A stretch of DNA of 64,000 nt from Candidatus Obscuribacterales bacterium (GCA_965228855.1 CBDDIJ010000002.1:1536001-1600000), one strand, 5' to 3'; positions 1 to 11,024 are shown, counted from the stretch's first letter. The notes: a model not told the origin generated them from the sequence alone. Program-made: numbers and translations.

Positions 1-1379
1 TTGCCAGCTCGAATTTTGGATTGATCGCGAGGGCGCGATCAAAATTTAATAGTGCCTGTGGTTTATTTCGGTACTTCATAAAAATCACTCCTCGGTTTGT
101 TAGTGCCATGCAGTCGGTTGGGTCGTCTTGCAAGACCGCATTGAAATCTTTGAGGGCAAGCGAATTTTGATTAAGCATTGCGTATGCCGTTCCTCGCCAC
201 AGGCTGGCTGGGACGAAGTGGGGGTTTAACTCAAGAGCTTTTCAAATCGGCTATCGCAAGATCGAGTTGATTAGCTTTGAGTTGTGAACAACCTCTGGCT
301 GCGTAAAACTTGGCTTCCTTCGGACTGAGCGCAATCGCGCGGTTCGAGCACCGAATAGCTTCGCTTAATTGATTTACCTGTGTGTGGTAGAGCGCAAGGT
401 CATTCCACCTATCTGCGACACTGGGTTCTAGCCTTGCCGCTTGTTTCGCCCACTTCCCAAAGTTTTGAACATCGGAAATTCGAAGGTACATTTGTGAAAG
501 GATGACCGCCTTTCTCGCGGACGGCAAATGACGATAAGCTTTTGTGATTAACTGAATGCCTTCAACATACCGATCTGCATGAGCTAGAGCTTCCGCTTTG
601 GAGCAGAGGAAATCGTCATTGTTGGGAGATAGGGCTAATAGTAGGTCAAGGTGATGATAGGCACGCTCGAAGTCGCCAACATCCAAGTACAGTTGGGCGA
701 GTTCGCTTCTAGCCTTCAGGTCATTTTTGTTTTTCGCGAGCCGAATGTCTAAGTCTAGAACCTGGGCTTCCCAATCATCAGTGATACTCGCGTCAGCCAT
801 TTCATTCGCGAATACGCTTGCAAGCTCAGGCTTCAGTTTTAGGGCCGCACGTCTATCAGCGGTCGCCGCTTCGTTTTGTCCAAGTGCCCTACGAAGGTTT
901 CCACGTTCAAAAAGAGCATCAGCGAAATTACGATTGAGTGACAAAGCCTTGTCCAGCATTTTGATTGCGGCTTTGCAATCATGCCTTCGCTGCTTCTGTG
1001 TTAGAGCGAGTTGATAATAGGCTTCTGCTGACGGTCTCTTCGAAATTAATAAGTTTAAGTCCTCCTCTGCGCTCTCGAGAAGACCCAGTTGCCTATACAG
1101 CGTGGCTCTTCTGAGGCGAGCTTTAGGAGCGAGTGGATTTTGGTCTAGCAGTTTGGTCATTTCAACAAGTTCGTCAATCATGATCGCCGAGTCGCTTACG
1201 TAGGCAGTCTTTCTTATAGGTAGTGAAGCTTTGGCATCTGTTGACGAGGCATTATTCTTCGCAGTTTCTACCTTCACAGGAGTTGTCTGCGAGCACGAGC
1301 TAATTGTCGCAATCCAACTACAGAAGACAAAACCTTTCAGCACTGTTTTGAAACCTGATTGAGACTTTGTGTGCTTCAT
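1..1379 (-). pseudogene. TPR-repeat (lipo)protein interrupted by a frameshift near 231-246; the TPR frame continues off the window start
   Basis: ORF 231..1478, likely start ATG 1379 (MKHTK...ISSC, lipobox-like), with many TPR motifs. It stops at 'ADLKSS*', but another frame continues 'ALELNPHFVPASLWRGTAYAML...ALTNRGVIF...FDRALAINPKFELA' to position 1. Could be a sequencing error. Confidence 0.7.
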
Positions 1380-1443
1380 TTGAAATGATTCGGGGTGTTT
1401 TAACTCGGAAATTGTTTGAATGATCCAGATGCACGTTCTAAAG

Positions 1444-1689
1444 TCACTCCGCGAATTGCCTAGCCTGGTGCAAATCATAAATGCATTTGAATAAAGGAGT
1501 TGCAGGGTTCAAATCCCCTCCCATCGCGACCCAGAACTCGTGGTCCCAGCTAACTGACTGAAAATCTTTGTCGACTGTGAAGCTGAAGCTGCGGACACAA
1601 TCCTCCTGTTGAAAGTCGATTCTGTATGAGAACTCAGTCTCGGCGACGATTGCTATCGGTCGGAATACTAGTGTTTTGTCCGGTTTCAA
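1444..1689 (-). CDS. small hypothetical protein (81 aa)
   Basis: Fills the gap between the mdh terminator and the TPR gene, co-oriented, globular-looking composition; no recognisable motif. Confidence 0.55.
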   Translation of the reverse strand: MKPDKTLVFRPIAIVAETEFSYRIDFQQEDCVRSFSFTVDKDFQSVSWDHEFWVAMGGDLNPATPLFKCIYDLHQARQFAE

Positions 1690-1845
1690 TTGAATCCCTC
1701 GGAAGGCTCTTTGACTCGTAATATTAGATCCGTGACACCATTAGTGATACCTTAATCGAAAAGGTAATCGAATTCATTGGTTCTTCTCGTACATCGAGCG
1801 AGCCTCTGTTTCCGCCATGATAGCAGCACATCGTCACCCTTTACG

Positions 1846-1875
1846 AAAAATCACCCCGGGTGATATCACCCGGGG
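1846..1875 (-). terminator. intrinsic terminator after mdh
   Basis: Perfect palindrome CCCCGGGTGATATCACCCGGGG (1854-1875) followed on the minus strand by TGATTTTT. Confidence 0.7.
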
Positions 1876-1943
1876 TTGATTGATTTCTCGTTTATCGCGT
1901 CCTTGAACCGGCTGCTAACTCGCAGTCCGTTTATCGCAGTCGA

Positions 1944-2888
1944 TTAAACAGCTGCCACTGCGAGCAGTTCGTTCATCTTGTCGATGTTTTCGCGGATCGA
2001 TTCTGCTGATTTCTTGAGTTCAGCGGCTTCTTCGTCGTTGAGTTTGATGTCGACGATTTGCTTGAGCCCTTCTTTGCCGAGGACGCATGGCAAGCCGATG
2101 TAGACATCTTTCAAGCCATAGTGACCGTCAGCCAAGACTGCGCAAGGGATGAGGCGGTTTTTGTCTTTGAGGATCGCCTCAACCATTTGAACAACCGATG
2201 CGCCCGGTGCGTAGTATGCGCTGCCGGTCTTGAGGTGTTTGACGATTTCAGCGCCGCCGTCGCGGGTGCGAGCGACGAGAGCTTCGATTTTGTCCTTCGA
2301 TACGAATTCCGAAATCGGAATACCGTTGACGGTTGCGAAACGGGTGAGCGGAACCATCAAGTCGCCGTGTCCGCCGAGAACCATCGCGCGAACGTCTTCT
2401 ACTGAGAAGCCGGTTTCCATTGCGATGAATGTTTGGAATCTAGCGCTGTCCAGCACTCCAGCCATACCGATGACTTTGTTGTGCGGAAGTTTAGTGGTCT
2501 TCCAGGTGAGGTAAGTCATGACGTCAAGCGGGTTGCTGACGACGATGAAGATTGCGTTAGGAGAATATTTGATTGCGTTCGTGGCGACGTCTTTTACGAT
2601 ATTGGCGTTAATCTTGAGAAGGTCGTCGCGGGTCATACCAGGCTTTCTTGCCACACCAGCGGTGATGACGACGATGTCCGAATCCTTGGTGGCTTCGTAA
2701 CTGTTTGAACCTTCAATTTTTCTATCGTGATAGTGAACCGGCGAGACCTGGAGCATGTCCAGGCTTTTGCCCTGCGGCAAACCTTCAACTACATCGACCA
2801 ACGTGACATCTGCCAGATCTTTCTCTGCGATGTACTGCGCAACCGTCGCGCCGACGTTGCCTGCTCCAACTACTGTGACCTTACTCAC
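1944..2888 (-). CDS. mdh: malate dehydrogenase (LDH-like)
   Basis: VVGAGNVG Rossmann motif, TAGVARKPGMTRDDL substrate loop, NPLD, LDSARF, GGHGD; GTG start at 2888 after a GGAGG RBS. Confidence 0.96.
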   Translation of the reverse strand: MSKVTVVGAGNVGATVAQYIAEKDLADVTLVDVVEGLPQGKSLDMLQVSPVHYHDRKIEGSNSYEATKDSDIVVITAGVARKPGMTRDDLLKINANIVKDVATNAIKYSPNAIFIVVSNPLDVMTYLTWKTTKLPHNKVIGMAGVLDSARFQTFIAMETGFSVEDVRAMVLGGHGDLMVPLTRFATVNGIPISEFVSKDKIEALVARTRDGGAEIVKHLKTGSAYYAPGASVVQMVEAILKDKNRLIPCAVLADGHYGLKDVYIGLPCVLGKEGLKQIVDIKLNDEEAAELKKSAESIRENIDKMNELLAVAAV

Positions 2889-3247
2889 GTTCGAAACCTC
2901 CACAAAAACCTAGCGGGCGAAGGAGGTCAGATTAGCACGGGATCTGGCGATTGCCCGGGAGCTTAAGCATTAGTTCCTGGTTTGTATTGCGAAACTGTGA
3001 TCGCTGGCTGGTGGAACAGATTTCGTCCTCAAAAATTTAAACTGACAACTTGCTTGAAAAGTCCGGTAAATTTAGTGGTGAAAATCCTGTAGACGATTCG
3101 CCTGTCGTGTTTTATAGTCGTAATAAGAAATGCATGCAAAGAGGGGAACTCGTTTTGCTCGGATGCGTCTAAGAAAAAACGCCGGGCCGTAAAATGGGTA
3201 TAGGAAGGTAGCAGGGCTGCCACACGCAGAATCCTCGGCGATGTGAG

Positions 3248-3889
3248 GTGATTGGCTTGTTTAGCAAAAACCGAACCAGCAATTCATTTGTATTCGCGCT
3301 CACCGCGGTGCTGATGGCGGTGGCTTTCGCGTCTTCGGCAATTGCCAATGATGAGCTCACTCCGGACGTTCCAAAGCTGGATCTGGGTCCGAAAAAGGAG
3401 CCTTTGAAAGCCGGTATTCAGCACAATATTCAGCAAAAGTCAGAGCCAAAGAAGAAAAAGAAGTTGAAGGCGCAGACTTCTGCTTCCCCGTTCTCTAATG
3501 CTCAGCGGGCGGCGTTGGATGCGAGCAGATTCAACGCGTCGGCTGATGACAGCCGCCTCGAAGCTCAAGCTGAGCGCTCTATTGGAGTGATCGGCGTGCG
3601 GTTCGTTTCCACTAACGGATATCCGCCGGTAATTAATACAGTCTTCCCCGGCACTCCTGCGGCGGCATCCGGATTGTCAAGTAATGATTTGATTGTTGCC
3701 ATTGACGGAGTTCCGACATCCGGTTTGAGCAAGGATGAGTGTTACGACCTTATTATCGGAACGCCTAATACACCTGTCACACTGTCACTGCGTCGCGGGC
3801 AAAACTTCTTCGTACGAACGATGAACCGCATGGATTTGAACGAAATGACCGATCCGCGCGTGCGTCATGCATATATGTATCACTTGTAA
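3248..3889 (+). CDS. secreted PDZ-domain protein
   Basis: Signal peptide (…ASSAIA), C-terminal PDZ motifs GVIGVRF, VFPGTPAAASGL, DLIVAIDG; no protease domain. Confidence 0.8.
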   Translation: MIGLFSKNRTSNSFVFALTAVLMAVAFASSAIANDELTPDVPKLDLGPKKEPLKAGIQHNIQQKSEPKKKKKLKAQTSASPFSNAQRAALDASRFNASADDSRLEAQAERSIGVIGVRFVSTNGYPPVINTVFPGTPAAASGLSSNDLIVAIDGVPTSGLSKDECYDLIIGTPNTPVTLSLRRGQNFFVRTMNRMDLNEMTDPRVRHAYMYHL

Positions 3890-3987
3890 GCCACCTTTCT
3901 CCCGTTTTCTCTTTCCAGTCGTGGCTGGATTGCGTCAAGCCGTCCTTCTATAAGGTATGCGGCGCAAAATCCTGCTAAACTTTCGGC

Positions 3988-4863
3988 ATGATGAGGTTTT
4001 GTTTCGATGCCACTATGTTTGGTGGCGACATGGGTGGAGCGATTGAGCTAGCGGCTGCTAAGGGGCTGACAGCTATCGAGTACCGGTTTGGCTCTTTCAA
4101 GGTTTCTGCCAGTGGCGCAGAAGTAAAGGGTGAGGAACGAAAGTATCTTGAGCGACAGTCGAAGTTGGCTGCCGATCAGAATGTTGAAATCGCTTGTCTG
4201 GCATCTGACTACATGCACAAGCCTGGCGACAAAACGTCCTACAAAAAATTCCATGGAATGATTTCCAAGTTGCTGGAAGTGTCCACAATACTGAACTGCG
4301 GACGCATTTCATTCTTCCTCGAAGTTGGACCTGACAACGCCTGGAAGACGAAGTTCGAAAAGGAGTATGAGACGCTTCATCCGCTATTTGAAGAGCGTGG
4401 CATAAAGCCACTTTTACGTCTTTCTACTCCTCATGAATTTCGTGGTGTCTCGTTAAAAAGATGGCGAGCGATTGAGCCCCAGGATTGGAGGGATCTGATT
4501 TCTGGTTGTCCCGATCTGTCGCTCAGTTTTTCGCCAGCAGACTATCTCTGGCTTGGTATTGATTACCTTGGTGCGCTTGCTGCTATTCTGCCGGCGCTGG
4601 AGCATATCGAGGCGTACGATGTGGAGATATTGCGCGATTTGCAGCGGGATAGCGGTATGTTCGGTCCTTTATGGTGGCGCTATCGCAGAATCGGAAAGGG
4701 TCTTGTAGACTGGGTTCAACTGATCGAGGCTCTTAAACTTTATGGCTATGAGGGTGCAATTTCTGCTCAATTCTCCGATGAATTTGTTGGCGCCGATCAA
4801 ACTTCGTTGGAGAACGCGCTTGATGACGCATTCTCGAGGTTGGGTTTCCTGATTCGTCGATAA
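3988..4863 (+). CDS. sugar-phosphate isomerase/epimerase-like TIM-barrel protein (metal ligands degenerate)
   Basis: Xylose-isomerase-like family C-terminus 'WWRYRRIGKGLVDW..LIEALKLYGYEGAIS'. Confidence 0.75.
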   Translation: MMRFCFDATMFGGDMGGAIELAAAKGLTAIEYRFGSFKVSASGAEVKGEERKYLERQSKLAADQNVEIACLASDYMHKPGDKTSYKKFHGMISKLLEVSTILNCGRISFFLEVGPDNAWKTKFEKEYETLHPLFEERGIKPLLRLSTPHEFRGVSLKRWRAIEPQDWRDLISGCPDLSLSFSPADYLWLGIDYLGALAAILPALEHIEAYDVEILRDLQRDSGMFGPLWWRYRRIGKGLVDWVQLIEALKLYGYEGAISAQFSDEFVGADQTSLENALDDAFSRLGFLIRR

Positions 4864-4895
4864 AATCTGCTGTGTGTTTAGTTTAGGCAGGCACA

Positions 4896-7800
4896 ATGAC
4901 CGGCACAAAAAAACAACTGTCGTTATATGTCCACACTCACTGGGATCGCGAGTGGTATTGGGCTTTTGAGCGCTACCGAACCGTTTTGATGTCTGTGTTG
5001 AAAAGGGCAGTCGAGGCTGTAGAGTCTGGAGAATTGCCTAGCTTTCACCTTGACGGTCAAGTATGTGCTCTGGAGGATTTTCTGGAACTGCAGCCCGAGT
5101 TTGCAGAGCGAATCAAGAAGCTCAATGCTCAGAATAAACTCGCCATCGGTCCGTGGTATGTGCTCGCCGATCAAATGCTCGTCAACGGTGAGAGTCTGAT
5201 TCGCAATCTCGAAGTTGGAATGAAACTGTCGCGGCGATTCGGCCAACCCATGATGGTTGGCTACAATCCTGACACCTTCGGACACACTCAGGACTTACCG
5301 CGAATATTGCAGGGCTTCGGAATTGCAAACGCGATAGTGTGGCGTGGGGTTCCCGAACTCGATCAAGGACCGGAATTCTTCTGGCGAAGTCCCGATGGCA
5401 GCGAGGTCGTCGCGATTGCGCTGAACAAGGGCTATTACCAAACCATGTTTCATGAGGTTGAAGGCTCGGAGTCGGAAGGCAAAATTGACGCTCTTGTCGA
5501 AGCTTTACTGCCGTGGTTGAACTTGAGATTCGATAAACAGAGCGGCGCAATTGTGGCTAGCGATGAGCCTTCCGCCGTTTACTCTCGATATACCAACGGA
5601 TGCCTCGTTCCCGTCGGCGGCGATCATTTGAAAGCGCCGGCGAATTTTGCGCGAATTTCCGAGCTTGTCGGCAATCGCTTCGCCCAATTATTGTCGGAGA
5701 ACGGAACCTCGGCCGCTACAGGTGTGTCCGCCATTGAACTCGCAACGGTTCAGCTCCCTGACTATCTCGCGATGGTGTTACAGGCGGTGCAAAAACCGGC
5801 CACGCCTGTCAGGCGAATCGACGGAGAGCTGCGAGACAATAGTTGCGCTAAACAGCATGCTGCCGGCTATATGCTCCCAGGCGTGTTGTCTACCCGGCTG
5901 TATTTGAAACGTCAAAACAGAATTCTGGAACACAGGCTCGCGCGTTTATGCGAGCCGGTTTACGCGTTGATGTCTGCAGCAAATGTCGTTAAATATCCGG
6001 CAGTTGAGTTGGATAACGCATGGAAATATTTGCTGAAAAATCATCCGCATGACAGTATGTGTGGCTGCAGTGTGGACGAAGTGCATCGCGAGATGATGAC
6101 GCGATTCTCCTCTATCCATCAGATTCTCGATATTCTCGACCAGCGAGTGAAGCAGGAGTTGCTTATCCCTGGAGGACATGAATGGTCTACGGAGGAAGGA
6201 CGAAAACGGAGGGCTGAGAAACCGCCATCAATCGAAAATGCTGGCTTCGGTAGGGGCGATGGCGAGCTTGCCGATCCGGATGTTTCACTGACGAATCTGG
6301 CTGTTCTGAATGTCTCAACCAGTTCAGTAAGCGCACCGGTCAGAGTAGCTCTGGCTATTCCTGATAAGTTTTTTGCAGAGCCTGATGGTTCGGCGACTCA
6401 AGATCAGCAGTCTGCATCAGCTCCTTCTCCGGAGGCGGCTCCGACGGAGGCTACTTCGCTGGCATCGGCGAAGGTCAGGAAAACGGACAAAGAGATGTGG
6501 GCGGCAGCCAACGCATACCTGCTGGACCTCTGTGGAGACGCAACCCGATTTCAACTTGAAGGGGTTCGATTTGAAACGGAGTTGTTTGGAGAGATGGGTG
6601 GGGTGCCGCTCTACAAAGATGTCCACTATCTGACGGCCTGGGTCTGGGTGGAGAGAGCTGCTCCGTTAAGCGTTACAAGATTGCCGCTCAGTGGTTGTTC
6701 CGCCGCTGCAACTGATGGCGTTTCCGAAGCTGTCGTCAAGGCTAGTCGTTCGGAAATCTCCAACGACTTTTTCGACTTGAAAGTATCCAACGATGGTCAA
6801 ATCACAGTCGATGTGCGTGATGCGGCCGGTAAGCAGAGTTTCAAGCTCCGGCACCGGTTTCAAGACGTCGCGGATGCCGGCGACTCGTATAACTTCGATC
6901 CCATTCTTAAAGATGCGGCTGTGCAAGGACGTTTTGCTTCGTGCGAAACGATTCTGACTGGACCCCTTGTCGCTTCTTTGAAGCTCACTTATAAGATTCA
7001 TTTGCCCGAAGCATTAGTTGAAGATGCTGATGAATCCGTATGGAAAGGTGTAGAGGACAAAACAAACCTGGTGCATTTCAAACGCGCCAAAAAAACTGTG
7101 GAGCACAAGATTGAAACGACCGTGACTCTCAGGCGCGGCGTGCCGCTTGTGTTTTTTGACTCGACTTGGAACAACCTTGTCGGTGACCACCGCCTGGAAG
7201 TTCTTTTCGATACTGGCGCTAAGGTCGGTACAACCTGGTCGGAGAACCACTTCAGTTTGGTCGAACGAAACGTGAGCTCGCACGAGGTTGCCTTGCCAGT
7301 CGAGAAATGGACGGAGACGCCACTCGACCGTTTCCCCTGTCAACGATTCTTTGTCGCCAATGGTCAGGCTTTCTACAACTTGGGATTGCCTGAATATGGT
7401 GTTGATGGAGAAGAAGTTTCCTTCACGATACTTCGGGCTATTTCGATGTTGTCGCGGAAGCGATTGCTCACTCGTGGCGGTGGAGCCGGTCCTTACATGC
7501 CGACTCCCGAGGGCAATTGTCTGGGCCTAAACACAGCCTCTTATGCCTGGGCACCAATCACGGTGCTCAGTAATTCAACCGGATTTGTTCCTCAAGGAAG
7601 CGCGGTGAAGAGCGCTGGTACCTCAACCGTCATTGGCGGTATCAAGTCTGCTGGAACCGCGAAGAGCAAGTCTGTCGGTGATAAACGCCTGAGCGCTGGA
7701 TCTGTTCAACTAACCGATGCTGAGCGTGCAAAAGCTTATGCGCTGGCTGAACAATTCGAGGGCGTGCTTTGGTCCACTCCGCTTACTTCAGAGTCGGAGG

Positions 7801-8090
7801 ATTGTTTAGCAGACGGTTCGTTCATTCAAGTCAATAATGAATCTCTGCGGATCGTTACTCTTTACTCAACCGACGGCGGAAATTCGCTTCGTTTAAGGCT
7901 GATCAATGTTTCCCTCAGTCCGCAGAAGTCTTCCGTTGTTTTGGGGGCAGGTTGGAAACCGGGTGCAGCCAAAATTGAAGTCGTGAATCTCGACGGCAAG
8001 GTTTTGCGAGTTCTTGAACAGGCAGACGGAGCATTCGTTTTAGAATGTGGTCCGAACGAGCTGGTGACGCTGCAAATATCGGCGAACTAA
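4896..8090 (+). CDS. glycoside hydrolase family 38 (alpha-mannosidase-like)
   Basis: HTHWDREWY, LDGQ, IGPWY, PDTFGH (nucleophile), HDSMCGCSVDEVH motifs. Confidence 0.92.
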   Translation: MTGTKKQLSLYVHTHWDREWYWAFERYRTVLMSVLKRAVEAVESGELPSFHLDGQVCALEDFLELQPEFAERIKKLNAQNKLAIGPWYVLADQMLVNGESLIRNLEVGMKLSRRFGQPMMVGYNPDTFGHTQDLPRILQGFGIANAIVWRGVPELDQGPEFFWRSPDGSEVVAIALNKGYYQTMFHEVEGSESEGKIDALVEALLPWLNLRFDKQSGAIVASDEPSAVYSRYTNGCLVPVGGDHLKAPANFARISELVGNRFAQLLSENGTSAATGVSAIELATVQLPDYLAMVLQAVQKPATPVRRIDGELRDNSCAKQHAAGYMLPGVLSTRLYLKRQNRILEHRLARLCEPVYALMSAANVVKYPAVELDNAWKYLLKNHPHDSMCGCSVDEVHREMMTRFSSIHQILDILDQRVKQELLIPGGHEWSTEEGRKRRAEKPPSIENAGFGRGDGELADPDVSLTNLAVLNVSTSSVSAPVRVALAIPDKFFAEPDGSATQDQQSASAPSPEAAPTEATSLASAKVRKTDKEMWAAANAYLLDLCGDATRFQLEGVRFETELFGEMGGVPLYKDVHYLTAWVWVERAAPLSVTRLPLSGCSAAATDGVSEAVVKASRSEISNDFFDLKVSNDGQITVDVRDAAGKQSFKLRHRFQDVADAGDSYNFDPILKDAAVQGRFASCETILTGPLVASLKLTYKIHLPEALVEDADESVWKGVEDKTNLVHFKRAKKTVEHKIETTVTLRRGVPLVFFDSTWNNLVGDHRLEVLFDTGAKVGTTWSENHFSLVERNVSSHEVALPVEKWTETPLDRFPCQRFFVANGQAFYNLGLPEYGVDGEEVSFTILRAISMLSRKRLLTRGGGAGPYMPTPEGNCLGLNTASYAWAPITVLSNSTGFVPQGSAVKSAGTSTVIGGIKSAGTAKSKSVGDKRLSAGSVQLTDAERAKAYALAEQFEGVLWSTPLTSESEDCLADGSFIQVNNESLRIVTLYSTDGGNSLRLRLINVSLSPQKSSVVLGAGWKPGAAKIEVVNLDGKVLRVLEQADGAFVLECGPNELVTLQISAN

Positions 8091-8168
8091 GTCTGAAGCT
8101 GTTAATTTGTATATAAGCAGTCTTCCAGTGGTACAGAGAGATTGGAACGAGTCTATTCGGAGTCGATT

Positions 8169-9128
8169 ATGTCTGGTAATTTTCAGCCGCCCGTTGACGC
8201 GCGGTCTTTGCGAAGCGTCGCGCTGGCAGTACTGTGCGTCGGCTTATTGAGCCAGGCGGCTTTTGCTGACCGTGTCGATCCGAATTCGCCTCTCACGAAA
8301 AACCAGCAAAGTCAGTTGAGGAAAGCTGCAAGCTACGCCAAGAAGGGGCGTGGCGATAAGGCGAGCCCAATTTTCAATGAGATTCTCACTACCTGCACCG
8401 ATCTGCCCAAGTGCATAGCGGTGGCAGCTTACACAGAGCAGTATGGTCACTCGACTGTCGACGCACGCCGAGCAATAATGCAGCGCGCCCTCGAGCTGTC
8501 CAGAACATACGACGATTACATTTTGGTCGCTATGAAATCGCGCCAGTATGAATGCTTTGACGTCACGCGCTCAGCCATTCAGCAGCTTGTAAGTGTCGCC
8601 AATACTCCCGAGCAGCTCTCTGACCTGGCACGCAAGGCGCACGAGGTTTCGATGACGGACGTTGCGCACCTGGCGATGGAAAAGAAATACACAGTTGTTA
8701 AAACGGTCCCGGGGGCACTTGAGTTTGCCAATGAGTGTCACCTGCTCGGTTTTACTGATTTAGAACGAAAGTGCGTCAAAGACTTGATTGACGACGAGGG
8801 CAATTGTTCGCAGCTCTGCATGATACTGCGAAAAATTGAGCCGTTCAAACTGAAGGACCTCAACCGATATTTGCTAAAGAAGGCTCTCGATCAAGCTTCC
8901 AGCGTGGAGGACTTCTCTAATATTTGGGAAGCCGCCAGACGCCATAACCAGAAGGACATCTTCGATGTGGCCGCGTTTAGAGGCAAGAAGATGCAACTGA
9001 TGCAACGCATTCAGGGCGACCGAGCTCAGCACCAGCAGCGTGTCGAAGAGTGGAAGCAAGGGCAAGACTCCGCCCAGAATCAGGTTCAAAAGGAACTCGG
9101 TGGCGGCGGCATGAATAACGGCTTCTAG
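8169..9128 (+). CDS. secreted alpha-helical repeat hypothetical protein
   Basis: Signal peptide (…SQAAFA), roughly 33-aa helical periodicity. Confidence 0.75.
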   Translation: MSGNFQPPVDARSLRSVALAVLCVGLLSQAAFADRVDPNSPLTKNQQSQLRKAASYAKKGRGDKASPIFNEILTTCTDLPKCIAVAAYTEQYGHSTVDARRAIMQRALELSRTYDDYILVAMKSRQYECFDVTRSAIQQLVSVANTPEQLSDLARKAHEVSMTDVAHLAMEKKYTVVKTVPGALEFANECHLLGFTDLERKCVKDLIDDEGNCSQLCMILRKIEPFKLKDLNRYLLKKALDQASSVEDFSNIWEAARRHNQKDIFDVAAFRGKKMQLMQRIQGDRAQHQQRVEEWKQGQDSAQNQVQKELGGGGMNNGF

Positions 9129-9235
9129 CCCGTTCTTCTAACCGTCGATCTGACCTGCAAATGAGGCTCGATTCATACAAAGCCTGCTTGGCAACGATAT
9201 AATTCGCGTCTGCCATTAAATAAGTCCATGTCCTG

Positions 9236-9700
9236 GTGTTCGCCGAGGTCGTCGCGCGGTCCCCAGAGAAGCAGGTAGTGCTTGTGAAACGTCCAGTTGT
9301 TTGTGCGCTTCTTCTCCCGGTCGTCGGTGTTTCGGCGATAGTCTCTCCGGGTGCCACAGCCTGCTTCATAGGCATGAGTGTTGTAATCTTTGGAGCCTGC
9401 CAGTTCGACCGCCTCTGTTGCGGTCTTCAGGCGCCGGCTCGATTGGCATTGAAAAAGCTTCTTCATACGCGATTTGTTAAACCTCCGGCAAATTTAGTGT
9501 CGAACGGAGTGGTACTGTCGGTAGTACTGTTCTCGTTGGGCTTCCTTTGGAACTCGCTTCATGTCACGATTCCGCCGATGCCCAGCGGCTCGATTCTGTC
9601 GATGCTGAACATCGTTGCCCATCTGCTCTGCCTGGGGGGCTTCATCTCTTTACTCGGATTTTTGCAGTCCGCTCCGGATTTCCGCAGTTCGCGGGGATAG
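9236..9700 (+). CDS. hypothetical membrane protein (about 4 TM)
   Basis: Four hydrophobic segments, co-oriented with the upstream genes; start uncertain. Confidence 0.55.
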   Translation: MFAEVVARSPEKQVVLVKRPVVCALLLPVVGVSAIVSPGATACFIGMSVVIFGACQFDRLCCGLQAPARLALKKLLHTRFVKPPANLVSNGVVLSVVLFSLGFLWNSLHVTIPPMPSGSILSMLNIVAHLLCLGGFISLLGFLQSAPDFRSSRG

Positions 9701-10116
9701 GTGAGAAGAGGTTGACCGGCAAGTGTTTGAATCTCAGCTTACCGGTCATCCATCGCGTGCCAAGTCTGACCGAATCTCCCCATCATCGGCTCAAAAGTCG
9801 CATCGCGCTCTCAATTAGTAATACGGATTTCGACACCAAAAAGTTCAATTTTTTCACCCTGTGATCTTTGCACTTTCTTCAAAAAGAGCTCTATTTGCAG
9901 TTTTCGTTGCTATCGGTCAAGACCTGCCAGCCCGCAGTTCTCTTGCCGCGAATGGTATTGCATATGGTGCAATGCGGGCGACGCGCGCAACGACGAAACG
10001 GATTTCCGTTTACTCCGAATCGACACGAAATAGATAAATTCCATCGTCCCGGCCTTTCATTGACAACGCATAAAGGGTTATCTTGTTTCCCGCAGAATCA
10101 CCTTCTAAGGCTACCC

Positions 10117-10857
10117 ATGACTGACGCAGCATTTTTGAAACCAGGCGCGACTGATGTTGTTCCGCTCTCGGATGAGGAGGCGGTGAGCCAGGTTCTGGTT
10201 CTCGCCGTCGAAAACCTCTGGGAGGCGGTCAACGAATTGACTCGCCTGCGCAGAACGCACAAAGAGTACTATCTGGTCACAATCTTCGGCTCTGCCAGGA
10301 TCCAACCAGGAACAGATCATTATGAACGCGTGAAAAAGCTTGCGTTCCAACTAACCAGCATGGGATGCGGTATCATCACCGGCGGTGGTCCGGGGTTGAT
10401 GCAGGCTGCAAACGAGGGCGCCTCGTTAACCGGGCACGACGCGGTCCAGCGTTCTATCGGAATTCGCGTCGACCTTCCGTTCGAGAAAGACCCGAATCCT
10501 TTCGTTGGTAAAACCTACGAACATAAGACATTCTTTTCGCGTTTGCACCATTTCATGATCATGTCTGATGCATTTATCGTCGTACCTGGCGGAATTGGCA
10601 CAATGCTCGAGCTGTCCATGGTTTGGCAGCTTTTACAGGTCCGCAAACTATATGACACTCCGTTGATCCTGGTTGGTTCCATGTGGCAAGAACTTGTTGA
10701 TTGGGCTGTTAAACACATGACTAAAGGCGACATCGAACTGGCGAAGCCTGTGGATTTCGAAATTCCGATCTGTGTAAAGCACTCACAGGACGCGATTGAG
10801 ATAGTCCGAGCTCATCGCGCGAAGTGGTTGAAAGCGCACGGAAGGGTTGATACGTAA
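10117..10857 (+). CDS. LOG-family nucleotide phosphoribohydrolase
   Basis: IFGSAR, ITGGGPGLMQAANEGA, PGGIGTMLEL motifs; ATG 10117 preferred over the ORF-track start at 9868. Confidence 0.9.
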   Translation: MTDAAFLKPGATDVVPLSDEEAVSQVLVLAVENLWEAVNELTRLRRTHKEYYLVTIFGSARIQPGTDHYERVKKLAFQLTSMGCGIITGGGPGLMQAANEGASLTGHDAVQRSIGIRVDLPFEKDPNPFVGKTYEHKTFFSRLHHFMIMSDAFIVVPGGIGTMLELSMVWQLLQVRKLYDTPLILVGSMWQELVDWAVKHMTKGDIELAKPVDFEIPICVKHSQDAIEIVRAHRAKWLKAHGRVDT

Positions 10858-10956
10858 GCTTCTCGGCGCTTTTAAGTTAGTAAACTTTTGCCTGATTGGT
10901 GAGTGGTGACAGCCATTCATCAGTTTCTTGTGTAAACTCAAAAATGTACTAAAAAC

Positions 10957-10986
10957 TTGACCGGCCCGGAGTACTTACTCCAAACT
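10957..10986 (+). promoter_or_regulatory. putative sigma70 promoter with a dyad in the spacer, upstream of ftsH
   Basis: TTGACC-N18-CAAACT; inverted repeat GGAGTA-CT-TACTCC at 10968-10981. Confidence 0.35.
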
Positions 10987-11024
10987 TGCATTCTGTGCGG
11001 CTTTCGTCCCCTCAAATTACTTTA

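Noticed and set aside
9868..10116. N-terminal extension of the LOG ORF
   Set aside because: Does not look like protein; ATG 10117 gives a normal-length product
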